Below the pieces are notes generated by a model. It ran no database searches and was not told the origin of the DNA. It saw only the letters and a list, made by a program, of their open reading frames with translations. Source: a virus. Taken from it: a stretch of 64,000 bases of DNA. Location: positions 32,001 to 96,000 of IMG/VR virus record IMGVR_UViG_3300009008_000005. One strand, given 5' to 3'. Position 1 is the stretch's first letter; every line of letters starts with the position of its first letter. Both the position numbers and the translations under genes were made by a program. Shown here in pieces: positions 1 through 10,493 of the stretch.

Positions 1-337
1 TGGAGATCCCGGATACAGGTCTCAGAGCAGTCAGGTCAAACTCGATCTTCGTGTTCTCCGTCAGCGTCTGTGTATCCCCAAGGACTACGACTCTCTCGAT
101 GACCGTCTCCCACAGAAGCTCGGGAACGTCGATCAAGATGTTGTTGTCCGAGATGATGGTGAATCCATAGGCCGAGCCTGCTGTGGCCTTCGGGAAGAGC
201 TGGGTGGCGTTGATGTACACCGAGGTTGCGTTCATGAATCCCGCACCCTTCAGCTCTACTTGGAAGGGGAGCACCGAGATGAGGTCGATGTTCGTAACGG
301 GTAGGATGTCGATGGCGTTGATGATCCGTATATCCAT
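1..337 (-). CDS. Putative baseplate/virion protein, partial (runs off window edge)
   Basis: Hand-translated open frame from ATG 337 (MDIRIINAIDILPVTNIDLISVLPFQVELKGAGF...); ATGA overlap with the upstream gene; lies in the late block. Confidence 0.55.
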   Translation of the reverse strand, partial: MDIRIINAIDILPVTNIDLISVLPFQVELKGAGFMNATSVYINATQLFPKATAGSAYGFTIISDNNILIDVPELLWETVIERVVVLGDTQTLTENTKIEFDLTALRPVSGIS

Positions 338-594
338 CAGTCTTCCTTTACCTCATCGATCAGCTTATCTAGCTCCTCCCGCATAGCCTTCAAGCGGTCG
401 ATCTGGGTAGGTCCGAACTCTGTCTCGAAGCCGAAGTATGTCGTGGCTTCAGAGTCCCCTCCAAGCAGAGCCAGGTATTCGTCAACAGCCGTGGTCAGGG
501 AGTACTTTTCGACGAGATCCCGGTTGATGATGATGCCCAGGAGGCTCTCGTATATGCCCGAAAGTGTAGACCTCTGCTTGTCTGTCAGCGCCAT
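337..594 (-). CDS. Hypothetical protein (85 aa)
   Basis: ORF with GGAGG RBS, coupled to the next gene. Confidence 0.7.
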   Translation of the reverse strand: MALTDKQRSTLSGIYESLLGIIINRDLVEKYSLTTAVDEYLALLGGDSEATTYFGFETEFGPTQIDRLKAMREELDKLIDEVKED

Positions 595-645
595 AACCGC
601 CTCCCGAGAGAATATCTTACCACAGCATCTTAGGCTAAGGGATGG

Positions 646-3039
646 TTACAGGAGAAGGTCTCGGGTCTTCTTGGACGCTTTGTCAGCCCTTGATGCCTCC
701 TCCACAAGCAGCCTTAGGAAGGTATCTACCTCCCCTCTCTGGACAATGTCAGCCGCCTGGTCAAACCCTGATTCCGCTAGGGATTCCACGAAGGAAGCTA
801 TCCGATCCGTGGTGCCATCCAAGTCTCGGAAGTCTGTGGCTAGCTGTGCGATGGCGTCCATATACTGCTGCAGAGAAGTAGTCAGGGACTCCCACCCAGA
901 AGCGTCGAGCTGATTCTTGAACTTCTCAATTTGGGTCCGTATTGCGTCAAGAGCGGTGCTTGGCTCAGAGAGAATCTCTGGGATCTCTACACCAAGGATG
1001 CCCTTCTGCAAACCTGAGATGATGTCCACATCTGTGTCGGCTACAGATATTGGGTCCTCTACCTTCACAGGGGTAGTAGAGCGAAGCTTAGTGCTCGTGG
1101 TTTCCGTCCCGGACAGAGAGCTGGTAACCGCATCCTCGTCCCTGAGAGGGGCGTCGCTAGACACATCTCCACCTAGGGTCAGTGTCGTGCCACTTGCATA
1201 GGAATGGATCGGATACACAGCTGGGGGCACTGGAGGAGCGATCCCGATCTCAGGGGCTGCAGGTGCATTCACACCTAGGTAGTAGTCATCCCACAGAGTT
1301 CTGTCTTCCCTATTGATGTCCACCCGGACACTTTCCACCTCGTCTATGTAGAAGTTGACGAGTGGTGCTGTGACGAGTTCCTGGGGAGGGTCGAAGTAGG
1401 CCACTCCGACAGCTACAGCGTCAATGGTGAAGGACAGTCCAGCATCTGGCCCGGAAGTTATGGCTACAACCTTCCCCACATCCCCCGCTACGAACGGGTA
1501 GAGCTGGGAAGTCAGAGAGTCGTTGACTCCTGGATTGGGCCCGCCCGCATCGTCGTGAACCACATCCCCTATGTAGCGGTTCGTAAAAGGAACTCCGTCG
1601 AAGTACAGAGGATCCGGAGTTGTCGGGTCACCATCGGCACAGGGAGTCAAGGTAAGCGTATGCAGTCCGCCACCTGTAGCGACAGAGAAGACCCTATAAC
1701 CACAGTCCAGAGCAGTAGTGGAACCTGTATACCGCACTGCTATTGCGTCACCTGCCTGGACATCGAAGGTATCTGCAATCTCGATCGTTCCGTTCCCACG
1801 CAGGTCTGCAGCCTCGTCGTCGGCGACAAACGTATACTCCGTACGGAGGGGTGGTGAATCCTCCTTGGGTAGCTCTGCAGTAGCTCCACCGTTCCAGGGT
1901 CCAGCTAACTGTAAGTACTCGTTTATATTAGCTGTGTCACCTGCCCCCGCTAGAACGATAAGTTCATCGAACTGGATCTGCATACCTTCTACAGCGTGAT
2001 CTCCGTCTAGGTCGACTTTGATATAGCTCGAAGGGCCCGCAGAGAAGGTAATACCTGCAGGTAGACCCACTATACCATTGAGGGACACTGCCAAAGTACT
2101 CGTGCTGACGGGTGGTACTCCAGCTGGGGTTACCCCAGAGAACACATAAAATGTGTTGTTCAGCCTGAAGGACAAGGTATAGGGAGGGGCTGTAAGAGGT
2201 GGGGCTAGTGCGAAGGTCCACTGATCCTCTGCAGTATTTCCGCTATCTCCTAGGACACTAGCGGGCGTACTTGCAGGAATGTCCCACAAGAATCCTGTAG
2301 GTACGGTCCCAGAGTCGTAGTCTACAGTAATGTCTGTTGGGATTCGGTAAGGCCCGCAAGGGATCTCAATCTCAGCCGGATTCTCCGGGAGCACAGTGAA
2401 GGCTCCAGAATACTTCGCCAGTGTGTCGCCAGCCTTGAAGTCCTGGTCATAAGCATTGACTGAGTCGAGGACATAGTTCACTACACCTAAGGACTCCACA
2501 GACTCCACGGCGTTAGGATCGGATGCGGCCTTGTCCAGAAGGGACTGGATCATCTCCTGGGCTCCGCCCTTGTACCAAAGCACCTTGTATGAACCTAGGA
2601 TCTTGACGCTACGTACAGCCCGGAGCACGTCTCTAAACTTTCGCTGGAGCCTGTCGAGGTGGGTTAGGGGATCGACGTTGGAGACATTCCTGGGCCCGTA
2701 AGCCCCAATCTTCTCCTTCACAACCGCACCTAGTGTATCTGGGAAGGCTGACACCTCTTCCCCAATGTTCTTCTGGAAGGTGGGGGTCGTGCCCACAGCT
2801 TTGTCGGACTTCATGTAAGCGTCTAGGTCTGCAATAAGGGCGTCTACGTCCGTGTTACTGCGTAGGTAAGACTTAGCAGCCAGCAGTCCGCTCTCCCACA
2901 AGACATCCTTATCGAACACACATAAGGAGCATAAGAGGAGCTTCATTCGATTGAAGCGCTTCTCCTTGTCCTCCCCCAGATCCGCACGATCTGTGGTGGC
3001 CATAGAGTTGAAGAAATCAGTGAGAGCGTTAGTGAACAT
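646..3039 (-). CDS. Large putative virion structural protein (797 aa)
   Basis: Long ORF; beta-rich acidic middle, helical ends; in the minus-strand late block. Confidence 0.6.
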   Translation of the reverse strand: MFTNALTDFFNSMATTDRADLGEDKEKRFNRMKLLLCSLCVFDKDVLWESGLLAAKSYLRSNTDVDALIADLDAYMKSDKAVGTTPTFQKNIGEEVSAFPDTLGAVVKEKIGAYGPRNVSNVDPLTHLDRLQRKFRDVLRAVRSVKILGSYKVLWYKGGAQEMIQSLLDKAASDPNAVESVESLGVVNYVLDSVNAYDQDFKAGDTLAKYSGAFTVLPENPAEIEIPCGPYRIPTDITVDYDSGTVPTGFLWDIPASTPASVLGDSGNTAEDQWTFALAPPLTAPPYTLSFRLNNTFYVFSGVTPAGVPPVSTSTLAVSLNGIVGLPAGITFSAGPSSYIKVDLDGDHAVEGMQIQFDELIVLAGAGDTANINEYLQLAGPWNGGATAELPKEDSPPLRTEYTFVADDEAADLRGNGTIEIADTFDVQAGDAIAVRYTGSTTALDCGYRVFSVATGGGLHTLTLTPCADGDPTTPDPLYFDGVPFTNRYIGDVVHDDAGGPNPGVNDSLTSQLYPFVAGDVGKVVAITSGPDAGLSFTIDAVAVGVAYFDPPQELVTAPLVNFYIDEVESVRVDINREDRTLWDDYYLGVNAPAAPEIGIAPPVPPAVYPIHSYASGTTLTLGGDVSSDAPLRDEDAVTSSLSGTETTSTKLRSTTPVKVEDPISVADTDVDIISGLQKGILGVEIPEILSEPSTALDAIRTQIEKFKNQLDASGWESLTTSLQQYMDAIAQLATDFRDLDGTTDRIASFVESLAESGFDQAADIVQRGEVDTFLRLLVEEASRADKASKKTRDLLL

Positions 3040-3382
3040 TTCCGCCCAGACCTATCTTGCGTAGTCCACGTAGATTCGCTTCGCCGATGAGATCCAACCG
3101 ATCTACTATCTTGTTACCCTCTATCCCTAGAAGGAAGCAGATGGACCGGAAGGATGTAATCGCATCCTCGTCGTCGGAGTTGAACCACTCCAGGAGAACC
3201 TGCATGTCTTTCTTGCTAGAGGGATCATCTGATCCCTGGAGTAGTGCATAGTCCTGGAGGGCCCTCTGGAGTACAGCTAACCATAGCTTAGTAGTTTTTT
3301 CTGTGCTATCTGTGGTGTCAAACAGACTTCGTGTGGAGTAGAACCTAAAGACCTGTCCTGGGAATAGCGTGTCTTGAATCAT
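3029..3382 (-). CDS. Small conserved hypothetical protein (LWLAVLxRAxxD...WF...SFxxICxxLG)
   Basis: ORF overlapping its neighbours; motif resembles a small helical family recalled from deltaproteobacteria-related genomes and phages. Confidence 0.6.
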   Translation of the reverse strand: MIQDTLFPGQVFRFYSTRSLFDTTDSTEKTTKLWLAVLQRALQDYALLQGSDDPSSKKDMQVLLEWFNSDDEDAITSFRSICFLLGIEGNKIVDRLDLIGEANLRGLRKIGLGGNVH

Positions 3383-4311
3383 CAGGTCACCGTGATCTCT
3401 AGGGTTGCGTTCACAGTATTTACATGAGCACTTTGTTCCGGCGTAAGCAAGGCATAATCTGTGGGCATGAAATTTTCTGCAGTTACGTTAGTCGTCCCTG
3501 GAGCGATCCCGGTGATAGTAAACACGGTCCCGTCCATCAAGCCAGTAGCTACAGCATGGTCATCAGTGTCAGTAGCCACACAACCTGAGATATCATCCAT
3601 CACGGCCCACCCGTAGGTGTAAAGCTTCGGGTACAGCTCAATTGTCGCACCTGTGGCTACAGTCACCGTCTCCGTGAGAGATGTGTGCTCTGCGTCGGTG
3701 TAGAACTTCAGATGTCCTGGGACAGGGAAGATAACTGCCGGAAGATTCGCCCCTATAGTCTCAGGTGTGCGAACCTCCCAAGCCGTGTCCTGTAGGCCCG
3801 GGAACCATACGTGCACCAACATATCTCTGGGTAGATCGAGCTGGGCGTATCCATCAGAGTCCAGAACTACCTCCACGGACTTGTTAGATAGGCCGATGAT
3901 CTCATCATTACTCGCAAGAGCTACAGGCGAGTCCTTCTTGACGAAGTAGAACTTCATACCCTCCGGAGGTTCCCCAGATATTTCGGTGAAATACCCCGAG
4001 AGACGGGAATACCTAGCATCGTCGGAAGCAGGTTGCACCGGGCTGTAAACCGTGATCTCCACTACAGGGCTTTCTCCGACCCCGATGTTCACCTCAAACG
4101 TAGAGGGGAGACCAACGGTGGCCCCTAAGATTCCAGGAGCACAGCGCAGGTAATACGTACCTAGTGCTAGACCGATGAACTCCACCTCCCCAGTAGCCGC
4201 TGTGATCTGTGTAGACTGGTGAACCATAATAGATGAGTAGAGCTTTACGTAGGCGTTCTCTATGGGGTCTGACGCAACTGAGTCGAGAACCCTTACGATC
4301 ATATCAGGCAT
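3382..4311 (-). CDS. Virion protein with carboxypeptidase-regulatory-like/prealbumin-fold repeats and C-terminal Ig-like domain
   Basis: PIENAYVKLY...TGEVEF.GL..GTYYL and TITGIAPGTTNVTA motifs; shares domains with 7910-9451. Confidence 0.6.
   Translation of the reverse strand: MPDMIVRVLDSVASDPIENAYVKLYSSIMVHQSTQITAATGEVEFIGLALGTYYLRCAPGILGATVGLPSTFEVNIGVGESPVVEITVYSPVQPASDDARYSRLSGYFTEISGEPPEGMKFYFVKKDSPVALASNDEIIGLSNKSVEVVLDSDGYAQLDLPRDMLVHVWFPGLQDTAWEVRTPETIGANLPAVIFPVPGHLKFYTDAEHTSLTETVTVATGATIELYPKLYTYGWAVMDDISGCVATDTDDHAVATGLMDGTVFTITGIAPGTTNVTAENFMPTDYALLTPEQSAHVNTVNATLEITVT
3979..3993. repeat. Dispersed palindrome TATTTCGGTGAAATA (inside CDS)
   Basis: Read directly. Confidence 0.85.
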
Positions 4312-4314
4312 GGT

Positions 4315-6567
4315 CTAGCCTCCGTACAAGGCATCTAGCTCATTGTTCATCTTACTATCCGACTTGGGAATCCTACTAGTAGCAGGTCCCTTGCGGTTAT
4401 TTGCTGGGGCTGGAATGGCTCCGGGCGGATTACCACCACCTACTACAAACGAGCCTGACCTGGGAGCTGCCCCTGTGTCACGCTTGTTGTTCCACTCCAT
4501 GGCCTCGTTCTCTTCCCGGAAAGCTTCGGCTCTGAGCTTTCGCATAGCCCGGTCCCTATCAGACACTCCGGGACCTTCCGGAAGGGGCTTGGCATAACCT
4601 GGGAGTTCCACAGGCTCTTGTCGCTGCTGCTCCTGCCTGAGGCGGTCGGCCTCGTTCGGAGTCTGTGCCACAGGTTGTCCGGAGGAATCAGCCAAGACAG
4701 GTTTCGCTCTGTCACCACCCTGTGCTTCGTAGTAGTCCTCACCCGGGGCACGGCCTCCGGTACCTTCACCTATAAGCTTTGACCCCACTACCAGACCTCC
4801 CGCTGTGAGGAGACCAGCACCTATTAGTTTGGGCGCAGCGCCTAAGGCTCTGCTACCAGCAGCCGCCATGCGTCCACCAAGGCCAACAGCCTGTCCGCCT
4901 GGGGAAGGTACGGGCGGTGGGACATTACTTGGAGGTACATTCGGCGGGGGCTTGGCTGCACCACGGCCTATGTTAGCTGCAGGGTTCGCATTCGGTGAAG
5001 CTGTATCATCTACAAAGGTGGCAGTCCTAGGCTGCTTCTTGACTGGGGTTGTAGGTCTTGGGGGAGGATTCGCCGGGTCATACCGAGGAATCCTTGAACT
5101 CTGAGACGGTGGCGTAGCGCTAGGTGGGGGTGGGTTGTCAAAGATCGACTTGGGTGTTCCTTGTACAGGAGTCTTCGACGCAGGTACAGCTCCTGCAGGC
5201 TCCTTCTTAGTCGTCAAGCGCTGCCACATATTCGGTTCTTCCCTACCGTAGCGCTCCTTGTTGCTCCGCCTAATAGCCTCTTCAGAGGGGCCCTTAGACT
5301 TTGCGGGTTTAGTCTTCAGTTGCTTCTTCGTCAGATCTCTACTGACTGCTTCAACTTCTGCCCTTGCCTCTGCGGATAGAGGGACCTTACCTGAGCGATC
5401 CAGAGCTTTCCGCTCCGCTACTGCTTTGGCGATACCGTCAGCGTCAGGCTTTACTTTCGTCCCTGGACCAGGCGTTGGTTTTACGTGACTCGTACCCGAA
5501 CCTAAGTCCGCAGTGCTACTAGCGGCCGATGTTCCCTTGGGACTCTTCGTTGGGTTCGGGGCAGGTGCCCTAGGAACGCCACCTCCGCCACCTCCAGCTC
5601 CTACCCTTACGGGGACTGGGGGGCGCTTCATGGTCTCAGCACCACGTAAGGCATCGTCCCAAAGACCCTTAGCCTTACCCGCTACGTTCTTGACCGCCTG
5701 TACAGGGCTCGAAGATATACCGGATCTCGCAAGCCTAGATACGCCGGGGGCCACCACCATGGATGCGTCCAGAGCTTGCCCAGCTGTTGCACCCAGAGTG
5801 GCGGGCCTCTCCCTGAACTTCTTTACTTGATCGTCAGTTACATTAGGGTCGAGCGCCTGTGCAATCTCCGGAGCGGCGAAGAATGATCTGTCCTGGCCCT
5901 TGAAACCCGGATGGAATGTCCGCTCTTGTCCTGTACGCTTCAGCTTCGCTTTGTACGCCGTGTCCTGCTTAGTGTCGCCGAACTCCTTCTCTCGCATCGT
6001 ATTGACATAACCACCCGGGCCGTCCACGTTCATCCCAGTGGCCCGGATAGGAGCCGTTACAAAATCACGCACAAACTTCTTAGATCGCTTCGCACCCCGG
6101 TCCATAACACGATCGTGGGCTCCAGCTAAGCCGCCACCCTGCGAATGAGCGCTCTCATTGAAGCGCTTCGCACCGGCCCGATTACGTGCCCGCACACGCT
6201 TGAACTTGTCTGCAGCTCCCTGATATGCGCCCTGGACCTTAGACCCGAGATTTTTACCGAGAGCGACCTGCAATCCTGTGGCCTTGGGAGGGGGCGCTTT
6301 ATAGTCCAGCTTTGACTTGAATCCTTTTTGGTGCCAGGGCTGATTCAAAGGAGGGTTCACAGCCTTTGTTGAGTCCTTCGGCCCATAATCAGCTGTGACC
6401 GGGTCCTTGAACGTAGCTGTAGATGACCTTCCGCTGGGTGAGGGCAGTGTCCGCTGGAGCTTTGGATCGACCTTGGTCTTAGGTTTGGGTGCAGTCGTCT
6501 GCCCAAAACCTTTTAGCTGCGGGTCGAAGGCCAGCTTACGTAGGTGCTCCTCTAATCTCTGTCTCAT
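4315..6567 (-). CDS. Basic Pro/Gly/Ala/Lys-rich low-complexity protein with one hydrophobic Gly-rich segment (putative internal virion protein)
   Basis: 750-aa ORF; N-terminal KLAF motif; LIGAGLLTAGGLVVG segment. Confidence 0.6.
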   Translation of the reverse strand: MRQRLEEHLRKLAFDPQLKGFGQTTAPKPKTKVDPKLQRTLPSPSGRSSTATFKDPVTADYGPKDSTKAVNPPLNQPWHQKGFKSKLDYKAPPPKATGLQVALGKNLGSKVQGAYQGAADKFKRVRARNRAGAKRFNESAHSQGGGLAGAHDRVMDRGAKRSKKFVRDFVTAPIRATGMNVDGPGGYVNTMREKEFGDTKQDTAYKAKLKRTGQERTFHPGFKGQDRSFFAAPEIAQALDPNVTDDQVKKFRERPATLGATAGQALDASMVVAPGVSRLARSGISSSPVQAVKNVAGKAKGLWDDALRGAETMKRPPVPVRVGAGGGGGGVPRAPAPNPTKSPKGTSAASSTADLGSGTSHVKPTPGPGTKVKPDADGIAKAVAERKALDRSGKVPLSAEARAEVEAVSRDLTKKQLKTKPAKSKGPSEEAIRRSNKERYGREEPNMWQRLTTKKEPAGAVPASKTPVQGTPKSIFDNPPPPSATPPSQSSRIPRYDPANPPPRPTTPVKKQPRTATFVDDTASPNANPAANIGRGAAKPPPNVPPSNVPPPVPSPGGQAVGLGGRMAAAGSRALGAAPKLIGAGLLTAGGLVVGSKLIGEGTGGRAPGEDYYEAQGGDRAKPVLADSSGQPVAQTPNEADRLRQEQQRQEPVELPGYAKPLPEGPGVSDRDRAMRKLRAEAFREENEAMEWNNKRDTGAAPRSGSFVVGGGNPPGAIPAPANNRKGPATSRIPKSDSKMNNELDALYGG

Positions 6568-7913
6568 GGCCGCCCCATCCTTGGAGGCTTCGGGACCCGG
6601 GTCTTCATGGGCTTAGGCATACCTCGCATCGTATTCCTACGCTGTCCACCTGCTCTGTGCTGACCGATTTGTGTCATTCGACCGGGCTTCGCCAACCCTC
6701 CACGACCTGCGCCTCCGTAAGGGTTGACGTTGCCCTTAGTGTAGCCCGAGAAGTGCAACTTCTTAGGTCCACGCTGGCTTATAGGTAGCGCTGACCTACG
6801 CTTAGCCGCTGCTCCGGCTGCAGCCGCTGACTGCTGGTAGGAAGGTACCTTAGGTTTACTCCTAGGCGACGGGACACGAGGCTTCTTATCATAAACATCT
6901 GCAGAAGCTACAGGCTTACGTGTATCCGTATCTCTGTGCGGACCGAAGGGCTTGTTCGTCTTAGGATCAACCTGCTGGAACGTGGTCTTTGACGTGGTAT
7001 ATTTACCCTTCCACTTAGAACCTTTGGGAGCTTCACCGGGCAGACGCCCAGGATCTGGCTTCGCAGGCAGGCCTCTACCTGTCCTGAACTTTTCAAGCCT
7101 TTTCTGACGAGCACCTGGATATAACTTATCTTCGGCCGTCCCTGCTCGGCCCAGATTCACCCTCATACCTTTGAGGGGGTCCATACCAGTCTTGCCAGTG
7201 ACCGCCAGCCCCTTGTCCATAGTGGCCAAGAATTTCTGGTCCATGGGATCCTTGCTACGCTTCATGAGAGCTGCGCCATGCGCCCTGAAGTCCGCCATGA
7301 ACTTAGCTGGATCTTCTCCCTTATCGATAGCTCCTTGGACCTGAGTCAGTAGGGTGTCTCTAGTTAGTGCCTTATCCGGATTCTTCGCATCCAGCTGCCA
7401 CTGCGCACCTACGCCCGTACCTGTCTCAAAACCCGGCTTCTGGTAGAACCTGGAGTTAGGATCCTTTCTCGCCGCCTCCAGAGGGGAAGGACTGGTCCCA
7501 GAACCACGGAGTACATGTTGCGGTGCTTCTGCTTGTGGTGCGGGTGCAGCAGGCTGCTGGGCATTACCGTCTGGCCACTGGTCATTACCTTCTGGCCAAT
7601 TCTCAAAGAACCTCGGAATCTTCGCTGGTTCCGTCGGAGCAGGAGCCGCTGCTGGGGTTACTTCGGGAGAGGGAGGTCCTCCTTGCCAGCCACCCGTAGG
7701 TCCTGTAGGTGGAGGAGCCGGTACCTGGGTCATGCCTGTAGTCGTGCCACTCAGGTTCTCCTGGGCCTGTGCCCCAGCAGGTTGACCTGCACCCGGGAAC
7801 CAATTCCTAACCCTCGCCATTCCTGCCCGGGCTCTTTCAACAGCAGCTTGTGCGTCCTGGAGCGCTGGAGGCTGGAACGAGGCTGTGAAGCCCTGGGCTA
7901 TCTTCTTTCTCAT
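6564..7913 (-). CDS. Basic low-complexity protein (putative internal virion protein)
   Basis: 449-aa ORF coupled to both neighbours; N-terminal KIAQ motif. Confidence 0.6.
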   Translation of the reverse strand: MRKKIAQGFTASFQPPALQDAQAAVERARAGMARVRNWFPGAGQPAGAQAQENLSGTTTGMTQVPAPPPTGPTGGWQGGPPSPEVTPAAAPAPTEPAKIPRFFENWPEGNDQWPDGNAQQPAAPAPQAEAPQHVLRGSGTSPSPLEAARKDPNSRFYQKPGFETGTGVGAQWQLDAKNPDKALTRDTLLTQVQGAIDKGEDPAKFMADFRAHGAALMKRSKDPMDQKFLATMDKGLAVTGKTGMDPLKGMRVNLGRAGTAEDKLYPGARQKRLEKFRTGRGLPAKPDPGRLPGEAPKGSKWKGKYTTSKTTFQQVDPKTNKPFGPHRDTDTRKPVASADVYDKKPRVPSPRSKPKVPSYQQSAAAAGAAAKRRSALPISQRGPKKLHFSGYTKGNVNPYGGAGRGGLAKPGRMTQIGQHRAGGQRRNTMRGMPKPMKTRVPKPPRMGRP

Positions 7914-9451
7914 GGGAGGTCACTCCTATTCGCATCGACGGTAGCTATGCGGAGAATTCCAAAGGTGTCGTCTGTGTCCAGGTCCAGGGTGGCGAACAAG
8001 TCGAAGGTGGCTGCGTCGGGCGTCGTAAACGTCCTACGAATAGAAGTCCCCTCGATTGCAACGACGATCTCTACCTCTCGCAGAAGCTCTACCTCCAGGA
8101 AACCACGAGCATCAGAGGTGGCCAGGATATTCCTGCCCATGACGCCCAGGGTATCCCCAGAGGATCCTGTAACCGTGAACGGGGTGAAGTTATTGGAGAT
8201 GCAAAGGGTGACACTCTGGATGGGTTGACCTCGTAGGTCTACGAAACGGGCTGACATTGTGGTCAACTGCTCGTCGGTTACGTACTCCTCTACGTCGAAC
8301 TGCGGAACGACTACACCTGTGACGAGGGTGTAGGAGTTCGTGAATAGGGAGCTACCTTCGTCCTCAACGCCGACCCGGAAGTTGTTGTATGTGAAGACCT
8401 CGGTCCCCCGCCGAAGGGTTACCACATAGTCACCGGGGGCTAGAGGGACGCTGAAAGCTCCTGTGATATCTGTGATCTCCTGGGTTACGAACTCACCCGT
8501 GGACTTCACCACAGAGGCCGTAACTCCGACGAAGGGACTTGTGTCCGCATCATCATCTACGACTACGAAGGTCGCAATGGGCTGGTCATAAGGCTCGTAG
8601 ACCCAGATGTCCTCAAGGGGACCTACAGCACCAACGCTGGAGCTGTACCAGAACAGAAGATAGTTCCCTTCAGCTAGCTTGATCGGGTACGTAGTCTGGA
8701 AGAAGCCCTCATCATCCGATACGGCTGCGGGAGAGTCCAGGACTGCCGGTGTATAAGTTCCAGCGGTCAGGAAGAGTGTAGCCAGGTCTGCGCCAACCAG
8801 GACGATCTGGCTACCCTCAGAGCTAGAATCTGAGTAGAACTTGATGGCCCCGCCTGCATTCACAGCCCTGCCGTCGATGATGGACAGGTTGATGGACTCC
8901 ACCACTTCGAACAGGTTTGCGTGTACGCCAGCAGCGATATTTACAGCCTGCGCAGCGCCTCCGTCGAAAGCCACGGTGAATGCTACGGGAACCGCTATAG
9001 GGAACACTACGGGAGCGGTTCCTGTCACCTCTGCCCTTGTGGGAGGCACCACACATTCCGTTACTACTGCGCCGTCTTGGTCAAGGATGTAGAGGAAATT
9101 GATAGCGTCCGCAGGCTCTGAGCCCAGAGCTATGTAACCTGGGATCTCAGGCTGAAGTTCTGCCTGAGGGGTAGCCTCTACCACAATCTCGTCGGTGCTA
9201 ACGACCACAGCGGTATCATCATCATACCAGTGTCCATAGTAGGTCCCAACCTCATCGAATGTGTAGGCCTCATCGGTCTGGTACAGGACTCCAATAGCTG
9301 CAGGGACTGCTAGAGGGTTCACGTCGATGGTGTCGAGGAGAGTTCCCTCATCATCATACAGACGGAACTCTACAGGCCCTACGAGTACGCCAATGTTGGC
9401 TGTAAAAAGCTTAGCCTCGTCCAGCTTCACTCTGTATGCAGTATCGCTCAT
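7910..9451 (-). CDS. Acidic virion structural protein, paralogous to 3382-4311
   Basis: TDITGAFSVPLAPGDYVVTL and FVDLRGQP...SDARGFLEVELLR motifs parallel those of 3382-4311. Confidence 0.6.
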   Translation of the reverse strand: MSDTAYRVKLDEAKLFTANIGVLVGPVEFRLYDDEGTLLDTIDVNPLAVPAAIGVLYQTDEAYTFDEVGTYYGHWYDDDTAVVVSTDEIVVEATPQAELQPEIPGYIALGSEPADAINFLYILDQDGAVVTECVVPPTRAEVTGTAPVVFPIAVPVAFTVAFDGGAAQAVNIAAGVHANLFEVVESINLSIIDGRAVNAGGAIKFYSDSSSEGSQIVLVGADLATLFLTAGTYTPAVLDSPAAVSDDEGFFQTTYPIKLAEGNYLLFWYSSSVGAVGPLEDIWVYEPYDQPIATFVVVDDDADTSPFVGVTASVVKSTGEFVTQEITDITGAFSVPLAPGDYVVTLRRGTEVFTYNNFRVGVEDEGSSLFTNSYTLVTGVVVPQFDVEEYVTDEQLTTMSARFVDLRGQPIQSVTLCISNNFTPFTVTGSSGDTLGVMGRNILATSDARGFLEVELLREVEIVVAIEGTSIRRTFTTPDAATFDLFATLDLDTDDTFGILRIATVDANRSDLP

Positions 9452-9452
9452 A

Positions 9453-9653
9453 TCAATCCTCTTCCAGGAAGACGGACAGGTCGGAGTCGATGTGATTCTC
9501 CATGTTAGGGAGCAGCGTATTCATCGAACCTACTGCGCCCTTGAGCTTCAACTCCTTCAAGAAATCCCGCTCTCTGGTGGCCTTCTCTTCCTCTACATCC
9601 AACCACTCGTCCAGGATGTCTCGTAGCTCCTCAAGCTTTTCCTTAGTTGCCAC
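9453..9653 (-). CDS. Hypothetical protein (66 aa)
   Basis: ORF fills the gap between coupled genes. Confidence 0.65.
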   Translation of the reverse strand: MATKEKLEELRDILDEWLDVEEEKATRERDFLKELKLKGAVGSMNTLLPNMENHIDSDLSVFLEED

Positions 9654-10491
9654 TAGCTATACCTGCCCGCTTCAAATGCTCGCCTAGCTGTGAGGCTACG
9701 TTCTTCCTGATACGGTAGATCTTATGGGTAGTCATGCCCGTCTTCTTTGAGATCACCTTCACGTCCGTAGTCCTGGGTCTCCCTAGGCCTGTTAGGTAAC
9801 GGTATACCTCCTGCTCGTCCTCCTTCAGCTCGTACAGAAACAGCTTCATGATCTCCATCTCCTTAGGAGGAGAGACCGCTGTAGGATCAGATTCAAACTG
9901 AGATGTGGTGAGGTCCTTCCGAAGCTCTGTGCGAAGGAGTGTTACCTGCTTCACTGGCCACTTCAAACCATGAGCCAGTTCCCCATCCGTGGGTAGCCGA
10001 CCCAGCTTATCTGTGAGGCGCTGCCTCTTCATCTCGTAGGTGCGGATCTTGTCGATCCTCTCCTCCGGGATGCGGGCTGCATTCTGGTAGGTCTTGATGT
10101 ACCTTCCTGTCTTCCGCATATACCACGTAGCGAAGGTGGACAGACTCGCACCCTTTGCTGGATCGTAACGCTTCAAGCCCTCGATCAGATGCTTGGTGAA
10201 CTCTGTCCGTATCGCCTCTGGAGGAAGCTGTACGTTCCCGATGTACTCGTTGGCTGCTCTGTTGATAAGTGGTTGGAAGGACTCGACCAGGGGTCGCATG
10301 TCTTCAGGGCGCTCTCCGCTAGTCTTCCACTTGAGCCAGAGAGCCATCTCCCTCTGGCGGCTCTTCTGTAGCGGGGCCTTTTCGGGCTTCTTCTCCTCTA
10401 CATCTTCGGTACGAGTATGGCCCTTGACCAGGACCTTCTTCCCGTCCTCCGTACGATAGTACGGCTTTACTGGAACCTTACGAGTAGCCAT
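9643..10491 (-). CDS. Sigma70-family RNA polymerase sigma factor with an extra N-terminal motif
   Basis: Region 2 YDPAKGASLSTFATWYMR; region 3 LGRLPTDGELAHGL; C-terminal HTH-like region 4. Confidence 0.85.
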   Translation of the reverse strand: MATRKVPVKPYYRTEDGKKVLVKGHTRTEDVEEKKPEKAPLQKSRQREMALWLKWKTSGERPEDMRPLVESFQPLINRAANEYIGNVQLPPEAIRTEFTKHLIEGLKRYDPAKGASLSTFATWYMRKTGRYIKTYQNAARIPEERIDKIRTYEMKRQRLTDKLGRLPTDGELAHGLKWPVKQVTLLRTELRKDLTTSQFESDPTAVSPPKEMEIMKLFLYELKEDEQEVYRYLTGLGRPRTTDVKVISKKTGMTTHKIYRIRKNVASQLGEHLKRAGIASGN

Positions 10492-10493
10492 AT

